DNA from: Paraglomus brasilianum
Taxonomy: Eukaryota
Direction: 5' to 3'
DNA: 32,798 nucleotides
Assembly (NCBI GenBank): GCA_910592345.1
Contig: CAJVPI010000370.1
Coordinates: forward strand, 1 to 32,798
Shown one piece after another: positions 22,696 through 32,798 of the stretch (within the stretch, counting starts at the first letter, position 1; every line of letters begins with the position of its first letter). Made by a program: the position numbers and the translations under genes. Below the pieces are notes generated by a model that was not told where the DNA came from, ran no database searches, and saw nothing but the letters and a program-made list of their open reading frames with translations.

Positions 22696-25600
22696 ATGTA
22701 CAATAATAACAATTTACAACTAGGGGGAGTCGGGGGTTATGGACAATCACCTTCTCTACAACCACAATTGGCAGGCGTTCCTGTCAATACCAACTTGCAG
22801 CTAGGGGGAGTTGGGGGTTATGGACAGTCAAGTTCTCTACAACCAGGCGTTCCTGTCAACACCAACATACAACTGGGAGGAATCAGTGGTTATGGACAAC
22901 CTCCCTTGTCGGGTAATCCACCTGCCAGTACGGGTGGTGGACCACACATACCAAACGGTATGCGTACAAATGTGAATTTCAGCAATACACACGATGATAA
23001 TATACTCTAACATACTTTTAATCTATAGTAAGACTATCGTTTATCTCTGCTAAAGATCAGACAAAGTTCGAGGAGTTATATCGTTCAACCGTTGCTGGAG
23101 GAAAACATATGACAGGTAATGTTAGCAGTATGGTAATTGGTAATGCATCTATGATCGTATCGATATTAATAGAGGAATATATAATCACAGCCGAACAGGC
23201 TAAGGCCATCCTCATCAAGTCAAAACTATCACCAGAAGTCTTGGCTAAGATATGGTAAGACAGCGCAATTATCAATTCGAACGATCGATCTCGTTTTTCA
23301 CCAAACAATTTACTGACGGCTCGTCTGTCGTTCACAGGAGTCTATCTGACATAACCCAAACCGGCTACTTAACATTTCCGGAATTTGCTCTGGCAATGTA
23401 CTTGACAAACTATAAACTTAACGGGCGTGAAATTCCATCCACAACACCCGACAACATTCTGTCCGAAGTGAAAGGAGTAATCGAGCAAATTCAAGCGATC
23501 AAGCAAAAACAAGTAGCCGAACAACCACTCATTCAAATGAACGCTACTCCTCAGATGAGTTCCGTACAACCTCAGATGATCCAACAACAATACACCGGAA
23601 TGTCTACAATATCCTCTATACCTACACTAGCTTCTATTTCACCAGTACCCACTGGAGTCTCCTCAGCGGGCGGATTACTAGGACAGAATTTCATGGTGTT
23701 TGCTCAGAGAGTTATGCCTCAACAAAATCCACCACTCCAGTACAATGTTCAGGGATTACAAGGAAATGCAAAAATCCCTTGGGCAGTAACAAATGAAGAG
23801 AAGATGCAATACAGAGAAATTTTCAAGGCTTGGGACGTGAATGGAAGTGGATATCTTAGCGGTGAGTGTACCAACAGGCATGGCAGATAAGGATTGTAGT
23901 TTGAAACAGGTGAAAAAAAGTCAAATAATAACAGGAAGATAATTAAATAGTAGTAGTAGCAATCGCGTGGATTGTTATTTGTTTCTTGTACCATTGATCA
24001 TATTTGCTTATTATTAACAGGCGAAAAGGCAAGAGAAATATTTTCACAAACTGGGCTTCCTCGAGATGACTTAATACAAATATGGTAAATTCTTCGCAAA
24101 CGCCATGTCGCTAAGTTATTAGAAACAACGATTAGTTAATTATTAAACCCAGTTTTTACATTTGAACTTCGCTTTCTTGTCTTAATATTCTCTAGGGGCT
24201 TGGCAGATCCTTATAATCATGGAAAATTAAACATAGATGAATTTGCAGTGGCAATGCATCTAATCTATCGCAAACTCAATGGCTACGATGTTCCGGCCAC
24301 TCTACCACCTGAATTAATGCCTCCATCTTCTAGAGATCTCGCAGAGAGTGTGGATAAGCTCACAAACATTATTGTAAGAGAAAGTCAAGCACAACGTCTG
24401 TCTCCACAACCAGCAAGTAACCAATACGCTAAATCGAGAAGTTTTAACGGTGCAAGCACAAACCCACTTGATATCAAACAAGATGCTGTTGCGTACAAGC
24501 ACGATGATGATGACGTTGGGTATGTTAGCTCTGCCAGGAGAAGAGCACCCTTGACAGCTCCTAAACAAGAAACAAAGAAGAAACTTAATCTAGAGGAATT
24601 AAGGAATCAAGTACAGGAGAAGGAAATTACGTTGGACGCATTATTATGTAGCGCTGAAAGTATTCCTACTCAAGCATATTCAGAACATGGTGGTGATGAG
24701 ATAGAGACCCTGAAGAGGGATACACGTGATTTACATTCACAGATAATCCGATTATCACCCGGTGATTCTGTATCAAGAGAACAAGATCGCAACTTTACTG
24801 AATTAAGGACATTATTGGACGATCACCGTAGATTAGAGTCAGAGATTAACGATTCGCTCTCATCAACTATCCCAGACTTGATCAAGACAATACGTAAAAC
24901 CGATGATCAAGTAGCTGAAGCAAAACTGGCGCTCTTCAAATTACGAGACACTAAGAATTCAGGTCCAACACTCGAAATCATTGGCACGGGCCCTGGCGGA
25001 ACCATCACTGAGGCGGACAGGATTAAAGCAAAAGCTCAAGCTATGGTACAAGCGAAATTGGCCGCTCTCACTGGTAAACCGGTATCCACCGGTGGTGGAA
25101 CAGACGCGGATGCGTCAAAGCGATTTGAAGAGAAAGCCGTGGCAGTTAACGCAGAAAGAGCAACTCGTGAAGAACGTGTAACTGAAATTGAAAGAACAGT
25201 GGGGCGTGTACAAGATATGCTGATTAGATTCGCAAGAGAGAAAGAAGAAATTTCTGACGCGTTGCGGCATTATGAGACGGACGGGCAGATATCGTATGAA
25301 GAGCGCCGAAAATGGGAAGATGGCATTGATGTTGGAGACGAAGTGAGACGATTCATCGACGAATTGAGGAGGGAAGGCGAATCAAGCACAAACAGATATT
25401 TGAGAAAAGAAAGCGACTTAAGCACACCAAGCTACTTAAGGAAGGAGAGTGAATCAAGCACAAGCAGTTATTTAAGAAAAGAGAGCGAATCAAGCACAAG
25501 CAGTTATTCAAGAAGAGAGGGCGAATCGAGCACAAATAGTTATTTAAGAAAGGAAGGCGAATCAAGCGTAAATAGTTCGTCTACTCCTTCGTCTTCAGGA

Positions 25601-27560
25601 AGTTCTTTTTCATTAAAACCCAAGACACCGGAAGAGCGCGCAGCATTCATAAAGGCCGAAGCAGAACGTCGAATGCAAGAAAGCTTAAGACGCCTCGGGT
25701 TAGATCCCTCATTGAACGCTTCAAAACCGGCAGCGCCCTCTGCTTCTGAACGCCTAGCACGAGAACGAGCCGAAGCCGAAGAGAGAGAACGTGCTCGTAC
25801 CGAGAAGTTGTTGGCAGATAAACAGAGAAAAGCTGAAGAGAGTGCCGAAAGAGAGCGTCGACTTGAAGAGTATAAAAGACAAGAAGAAGCCCGTAAGGCC
25901 CAATGGCTTGCGGAAGCAGAAGATTTGGAAAAGGCGAAATTGAGGGATCGAGAAAAAGAAAAAGAAAAGGAACGGGAAAAGGAAAGAGAATTGGAGCGAG
26001 AAAAAGAGCGGGAAAGAGAACGGGAGAGGGCAAGAGAAAGGGAGAGAGAAAGAGAGCGAGAAATAGAACGAGAAATGGAAAGGGAGAGAGAACGAGGGCG
26101 AGAGCGAGAAAGAGAGAAAGAAAAAGCACGAGAGAGGGAGATGGAACTGGAGAGAAAAAGAGAACTGGACAGAAGAGCACGAGAAAGAGAGATGGAACTA
26201 GAAAGGGAAAGGGAAAGAGAAAAAGAGAGAGAGAGAGAACTAGCTGAAATGGAAGCAGCGCGACAGAGAGACTTTGGAGACATACCGAAGGTTAGTAGCG
26301 TTCCGCCACCCGCACCATCGCCACCAATGGCGAACGTCATTCCGACTGCCCCTCCTCCCCCACCAGTTGTTTCTACACCACCAGTCGCTCCTCCTCCACC
26401 GCCAGTCGCTCCCCTTGCTCCACCAGTTGCTCCTCCTCCTCCAGCTCAAAGCTCTAGCTTGCCTTCATCATCTGGTTCACGGAATGCGCTTTTGAGCCAG
26501 ATTCGACAAGGCACACGGTTGAAGGCGGCAGTAACTAATGACCGGTCTGCTCCTTCTGTTGGAGGTAACAATTTATTTCACAAGCAATCTTTATTCTTAA
26601 TTTCCCATGGAATGAATAAGAACCCTTCTATTTTAACTTTATATAGACCAATCACGCGGGGCCGGTACATCCGCATCCGCATCTACTTCGTCGTCTTCGG
26701 CTGCAGGCGCTGCCTCTTCTTCTCTCTTGGCAGGTTTAGGTGGTCTTTTTGCTGGAGGATTCCCCAAACTCGCTAGTCGTGGTGGCACAATCGATACAGG
26801 CCGAGCACCTTCCACAGCCGAAATGAACTCGTCTAACAATTTGGAAGTTAATCGCAGAGATACGGAATGGTATGATAGTCTTGCGTCAGACACTTTTGCC
26901 TCTGATGATACATTTGCGACAAAGTCGGTTGCAGTCGACGAGAAAGAGGAGAAAGAGAAAGAGAAAGAAACTGATATATTTGGTGATCCTGCTTCTGAAC
27001 GAGTTGCGTCGTCGCCAACGCCAATGAATGCTAATTCAGAGGAAAACGTTGACTTTGAAAAAATGCACAGAGTGAAAAGTTTATATGCCTTTGCAGGAAC
27101 TGGGCCTGATGATTTACCATTTGAAGCTGGAATCGTGTTTAAGGCTTATCCGAGTAAAGAGGATAAACATCTTGATTGGTGGTTTGGCATTATTGAAGAG
27201 ACAGGCGCGAAGGGTTGGCTTCCTAAGAACTATGTTGAGGACGTAACTGAAGGTATGATGAGCTATAATTATGTAGCTCATAGCTACTATATATCTCGGT
27301 TAACTGTACGAATTAACTTACTACTCAGAATCTTTTTTTATATGTTCCATTACTAATTGTTCCCATTATTCTGATACTCAACAGCCCGCGTGCTTTACGA
27401 TTATGCTGCTCAGACGGCTGAAGAGATTACCATAAAAAAGGATTCCGTGGTCTTAATCCTTGACAAATCCTTGGGCCATTGGTGGAAAGTTGAACATGAA
27501 GGAGCAAAGGGATTTGTTCCAGCAAATTATGTCGAAGAGATTTCTAGTAGTAGCGGTTAG
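22696..27560 (+). CDS. PAN1: Pan1/intersectin-like endocytic scaffold, short isoform (2 EH, coiled coil, ER/K helix, Pro-rich, WH2, 2 SH3); exons 22696-22957, 23029-23115, 23191-23254, 23338-23861, 24021-24084, 24196-26564, 26647-27252, 27385-27560
   Basis: Pan1 signatures [82 protein letters not shown]2 [25 protein letters not shown]3 motifs KSLYAF...GWLPKNYV and RVLYDY...GFVPANYV. Stop GGT TAG at 27558-27560. Confidence 0.85.
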
Positions 27561-30500
27561 TGATGCCAATTCTCTTTTAATATAAAGTCTTCTTTTTATG
27601 ATCTCTTTTTTTTTTTACTTGGCACTTGATTCAATAGAATTTATTGCTATATCTATATTTGTTAATCTATTATTTGGAGTTTTTATTCTTGTAAATCAGC
27701 TATAATAACATTTGTTTGTATCATTGAAGATGCTAGGGATTACAAATTCTGAGAGGGGATGGGGAAGAGGGTGAGGGTGAGGTGAGGGTGGGGGTGGGGG
27801 TGGGGGTTTCTAACGAACAATGTAAACATTTTATTGAATGAATTTACTAAGAAAAAAAATTTGCTTATGAGAATTGAAAAAGTAATGATCTCTTTCTCTT
27901 TTTTATATTTTTATGGCCTGTACCCAACGTGACCAACTTTACGCATCCAACGGTTGTTTCAAATAATTGACTGTTCACAACCTAACAAAAAAATTTTACT
28001 GAATTACTTCACCATCCAAACTAATATGAAATATCTGAACGTTGTATGCGAATGCACCCATGTATTTGTATAATGTTTTACCGATTGTCCATATTAACCA
28101 AATTTGCATAAAAACATCAACTTTCTGTTTTTCCTTTCCATTGTCTTTCACAAAATTCTCTGTCCCTTAGATTCGTCACTAAATCTTCAAGATTCATCTG
28201 TACCCGACGACAACCAAGAGATAGTATCCGATCCCGAAGATCCATTCAACTTGGAATATACAGATGATGATGACGACGATTCGGTAGATGAAGAAATACA
28301 AAGGAGAATAACGAGAGTCCCTTCTTTCGTAATAAGATCAGCATCGCCCGACAGAATGGATAGATCACGTACACCTAGTCCAACTCGGTTATTTGGATCT
28401 AGTCCTATTAGCAGTGTGTCGTGGATACCTTCGAGACATAGGAAGCAATCGTTTGGTGTACCGTCCGAGTCTGGTGGTGGAGTTAGACCAAAAAGCCCAG
28501 TGGTATGTGTTGATTACAACGAAAAGTTTGTTCCCATGTTTTATATATCTAACTCTATTCATTACGTTTCGAATATTCTAAACAAGGGTCCATCGAGTCA
28601 ATCCTGGGCATCATTAACCCCACCTTCCACTCTAGCCAATCTTTCCAAACAGACCATCAAACGACAAGAAGCGATTCATGAACTCGTCCTTACAGAGCAA
28701 TCATACCTTTGCGATCTTCAAATGATAATCCAAACGTTCTACTCTCCTCTTCAATCACGTCTTTCTTCATCCGAGCTGACTACCCTTTTTTCAAACATCG
28801 ACGATATCCTACTTGTGAACACGGCTTTACTAAGCGATCTTGAACAAAGACAAGAAGAAGGAACCGTAGTGGAATGTATAGGCGACGTGTTTTTGAAACA
28901 TGCAGACAATATGACATGTTATATTGAATACTGCGGTAATCAGATGAATGCAAGCAAGTTCTTGATCATGAGGAGAAGTGCAGATCGCGAACTTGATCAG
29001 TTTTTGAAGGTGAGCTTTTTTCGTATGCTGGAGAGAGTTTTCAATTATTTGACTAACGAAACTTGCGCTTTCGGGTTTCATCTTTCAGAGACAGCAACAG
29101 GAGCCGCAGTGCAGAAACCTTGACCTTTCAAGCTTTTTATTACAACCAATGCAAAGGATAACTCGATATCCGTTACTCTTACGCCAGGTAATCTTTATTT
29201 CGCGGTGATATTATACTAGTGCTCATCTTGTTTGACCAAATTTTTGCGTCTATAGATACTTCATTATACAGAGAAAGACCACACAGATCATGAGAATACG
29301 ATGCAAGCTTTAAAAAAGGCTGAAAGTGTACTCGAAAAGACGGATGAAGCAATTAGAGATCAAGAGAACAAGTTGAAAATTGCCGAGATAACCAAGATAG
29401 TTGATTTTGAGACACTTGGCGAGGTAAGAAATAGTAGATAGGAATTGAAAATTTGGGTATTTGACTGATGTTTTTGTTTTTTTTTGATGCCGTGTCTAAT
29501 GATTATAGAAATTGGAGCTTACGAGCATGACAAAGTTTGTTGGGAAAAGGCAATACATCATGGAAGGACCATTACAGAAGGCGAGGGGCAACAGAAAATT
29601 GTATGGATATTTGTTCAATGATATGTTAATACTATGTGAACAACTCAGAAACACCAGTAAAGGATACAAGTATACCCTATATCGACCGGTACGTCATTTT
29701 ATATTAATACTATCGAATGAGTGTGGAACAACGAATATTAATTACCAATATTACGATAACTAGCCAATTCCGCTGAATGAAATAGTAGTAAAAGATGGTG
29801 GATCAGGTAAATATATCATTATCGTTGTCGGACATGTCATGTGAAATAATAAGGAACGCTCAAGCAACATATCCTCTATTATTACGTAAAACCAGACAAG
29901 ATGTCGTTCCAATTAACCCATAATACATCTAAAATTAATCTGAGAACGAACAATGTATCTGTAAAAAGACAATGGGTAAACAATCTTGAAACTGCGAGTG
30001 GATACTGTCAACGTAAGGCCGGTAGGTTGCATTTCTTCTGTATCTCAACCGTATTCAATATTATAGTGACAATTCCTTTGTACTAATTCTCATACCGTAT
30101 TTAGAAGGAAATCCGATAGTATCCGATTATATTGGAACGTTGAAGGCGCTAGTATATGAGGCTTATATTCCTAATAATGGACTATGTAAGTTTCGTTTAT
30201 GTCGTTTGGGAAATATATTTGTTTATTGTCTATTTGTTTGTTGTTTGTTTGTTTGTTTATTTGTTTTGTTTGGATTTGCGTGTTTGTTTGTTTGTTTGTG
30301 TTGTTTGTTTGTTTGGTTTGTTTCGTTTGCTAATACAATATTTAAATTTCTGAAGACGTAAACAAGCCATTAAATCTTCATTGTCGAGCTCAGTTAAGTA
30401 GACAAATATTCAAGACCAAATCTGTAAGGGATACTTTATCGCCGAAATGGAATCAGGTAAGGCAATCGTAATATACTTTTTGCGGGTGCTTATATCATTT

Positions 30501-30820
30501 ACTGATATCTTCGTGATTGTGTAGGCATTAATATTCTCAGTTACAACACTTGAGGATACGTTGAGACTGTCGGTATACAATAGTGATGGCAAAAGTAACC
30601 AGGATGGTAAGCATGTCTATACATATCGTACTATGCTTGTGGTCGTGAATTAACCTGCTTTTTAATACTTTATATAGAATACATAGGACAAGCATCAATA
30701 AGATTAAATTACTTTTTTAAAGAAAACAGAGAAAAGCAAACGGACGCAATTAAACTTTCTCTCAAAGATGGAGCGACAGATGCACATATTTCGGTATCTC
30801 TAACATATAAACCCACTTAA
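22696..30820 (+). CDS. Long isoform of the same gene adding RhoGEF (DH), PH and C2 domains; extra exons 28171-28502, 28587-29009, 29089-29187, 29256-29423, 29509-29688, 29764-29806, 29896-30021, 30105-30185, 30356-30456, 30525-30606, 30678-30820
   Basis: Phase-1 donor G|GTTAGT at 27555/27556 matches the phase-1 acceptor CCTTAG|AT at 28170. DH motifs [16 protein letters not shown] and [32 protein letters not shown]...[11 protein letters not shown]2 [15 protein letters not shown]...LRLSVY...YIGQASI. Confidence 0.8.
22705..22900 (+). repeat. Three coding repeats N(T/N)NLQLGG(V/I)(G/S)GYGQ at the Pan1-like N terminus
   Basis: Visible in ORF 22696-23010 and at the nucleotide level (ctagggggagt(c/t)gggggttatggaca). 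Confidence 0.8.
25364..25579 (+). repeat. Six tandem 36-nt / 12-aa coding repeats (consensus [12 protein letters not shown])
   Basis: [72 protein letters not shown]. Confidence 0.9.
25940..26270 (+). repeat. Purine-rich low-complexity coding tract (E/R/K alternating, single alpha-helix-like)
   Basis: [18 protein letters not shown]... about 100 residues, almost only A/G on the + strand. Confidence 0.85.
27753..27806 (+). other. G-rich tract with G-quadruplex potential in the long intron / short-isoform 3' region
   Basis: gaggggatggggaagagggtgagggtgaggtgagggtgggggtgggggtggggg in an otherwise very AT-rich intron. Confidence 0.6.
30218..30329. repeat. Imperfect (GTTT)n microsatellite in intron 30186-30355
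   Basis: Direct reading; it generates the spurious ORFs 30140-30361 and 30156-30353. Confidence 0.9.
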
Positions 30821-31310
30821 TACTGTTGAATAATATAATTATAATAGAGATTTATTCATTTAATGGAACTGCAATGTACTATTAAAAACGCTAGAATGCA
30901 TTGATTGTTATTATTCTGTAGCCTGTCATATTAAAATAATTAATACTACATCGTGCCCGTGCCTGTTAGGACGTCTGGGAAACGCATATTCAATGGACGA
31001 GGCGTTACAAAACGCTGAAAGTAAATAAAGAAAAAGAGTCAACAACTGTGCCTGGTACTATCAGTAATATTCCACACGCGCACCAGATAATATCTAAATT
31101 AGTGAAACATGAAAAACCGTTCTTGTTCTCTTGCCCATAAATTTTAACGTTTCGTTCCGCTGATTATCTTTGTTAAGCAATTCCGTCGTGTATTTAAGAT
31201 ATGTTCAAAATAGAAAAGAACAGCTATACAAGAAGTGTTTTTATCGTAATGTAATTAAATATATGTGACTGAATTGCAGTTGACTCTTTAGATTGCTCGC
31301 TCATTGGCAG

Positions 31311-31343
<33 letters not shown>
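31311..31343. repeat. (AAT)n microsatellite
   Basis: About 11 consecutive ATA units. Confidence 0.9.
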
Positions 31344-31346
<3 letters not shown>

Positions 31347-31638
31347 TTCTTTTATTCACAACTGTTGTATTATAATAGCAATAAGAAACATATTAATAGT
31401 CACACATATTTTAACATGTAAAGATTGAACCCTGCTTCAACTCAGCCTATAACATCTATTTGCGCAATGTAAACTTTCCTTTTTCTAATGTAGACCTTCC
31501 TTTTTATTATCTTTTGGCAATGATCAACACCAAAACGCCTTTCGATTTTAAAGTTACTAGATACTAGTGGCTAGTAGCTACACGTAGTAGCTATTGCTGT
31601 GGTGGGCCGCAAAAAATGCTTGTCGGAAAGCCACTGTT

Positions 31639-31658
31639 TATATATATATATATATATA
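31639..31658. repeat. (TA)n microsatellite
   Basis: About 10 TA units. Confidence 0.85.
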
Positions 31659-32798
31659 TTTGGTAAACAAAAAAATATATATTATAATAAAAATATATCG
31701 CCTTACAACATATAATAAAATAATTAGATCGTTTTGTTCATATGAAAATTCCAATCTAAGGTGTTGATCCGCTCAAAGCTATATGATAAACCAAGTGATC
31801 AGTCATTGCGGAAAATTGGTTGTAATTTTTTTTTTCTATGAATGTCATACCAGTTTCAATCTCTAGCGTTGTCGCTTACCTTCATGCCACTCTAAAGCAA
31901 CTAACGACTAATTTTCTCATTTCCATGTGTTTGTCCTAAAAATAAACGTGAGAACATTTTATTAATGTAAAAAAATTTTCGCATACACAACCAATAAATA
32001 GATTGGGATTGTTCTGTGACGTTTAAAATTAAATTCCCTGTCTAGCTCTAAAAACTTAAAATTAAGTTATATATTATCAAACACGTTCTATTCTATTTGT
32101 CAACCCATGTGCTTAGCTATTGCGGATTTTGCTCAAAACCAAATAATCTTAAAAATCAATATTGCCAAGTTATTGTACTTGTACCTTTTGTAGTCCCAGC
32201 AATATGCACAGTGTACAATAAATAGTTCGAGTAAAAATGTTAGTGTGAGTATTGTGAACGTTATATCAGTTTCGGTTATTTTCCTGCATAAATAGAATGT
32301 AACAAATAGAGTTGTACAATACTTTGTGTAAAATTTAACACAATGACATACATATGTACATCATATTGCAGTAATTAATTCATCATACTTAAGAGGAAAA
32401 GGACAAAAGAACTAAGCAAAGAAAGTCGAGATGCTCAGGAATATTTAGATAATAAATTGACTGGACATTAGTAAAACGACCTAGGAGAGGAAACTTGGTT
32501 ATTGCCGACTTTCCTAATTTAGAAAGGATTGATCGTTGAAAAAATCAACTTACTAGTATAACGCTTAAGAATTGCCCATACTTTTACTTTCTTTTTGTGC
32601 CTCATTCTTTATTATTACCGCGACCAATTAAGTAAAAATAATCTGTCAAAGAAATGTTAGGTTTATTGCTGGCGGAATTCATGCTCTGAATTTTGTTACT
32701 AATTTAGCCAAATAATAATCCAACAAATTTAATCCGCACTGAAATAAGAATAATAATCAGCACAATAGTCAGGCTCAAAATCAAGCCAATAATTTACA

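Noticed and set aside
25540..26340. Long antisense and alternate-frame ORFs (266 aa, 177 aa, 114 aa)
   Set aside because: By-products of the purine-rich ER/K repeat, which has few stop codons in other frames.
28503..28586. Stop-free in-frame introns (this one and 19548-19613) as coding sequence
   Set aside because: Both have normal donor, branch-like and acceptor signals and intron-like composition; stop-free 3n introns occur by chance.
28104..29123. RhoGEF ORF as an independent gene
   Set aside because: The ORF begins at TTG inside a polypyrimidine tract with no suitable ATG, and a strong in-phase acceptor links it to the upstream SH3 exon.
30140..30361. Hydrophobic Cys/Phe/Val-rich ORFs
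   Set aside because: Translations of the intronic (GTTT)n microsatellite.

Overview
Eukaryotic, intron-rich, AT-rich fungal DNA, most consistent with an early-diverging fungus such as Mucoromycota/Glomeromycotina (inference from gene content and a minor-spliceosome intron). Four genes are supported: an intronless RNI-like LRR protein (2010-3680 +), RPL15 (5 exons, -), the cohesin loader Scc2/NIPBL (31 inferred exons, 12554-21319 +), and a Pan1/intersectin-like endocytic scaffold (22696-30820 +). About 7 kb of mobile-element debris lies between the divergent RPL15 and SCC2 genes: two decayed genes, pogo-like MITE relics, a full-length Tc1-family element with TA TSDs and one frameshift, and a small palindromic MITE. 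Main observations: (1) a consensus AT-AC U12 intron in SCC2 that restores the reading frame; (2) a GGT-TAG stop overlapping a G|GTTAGT donor, predicting a short EH-WH2-SH3 isoform and a long isoform with DH-PH-C2, like animal intersectin S/L; (3) RPL15 intron 2 folds into a nested, G-U-rich, strand-specific hairpin, a candidate autoregulatory RNA element; (4) the transposase has DD35E rather than DD34E spacing; (5) the LRR protein has a C-terminal F-box-like motif. Exon boundaries and RNA pairings were worked out by hand and not validated with transcripts or software.
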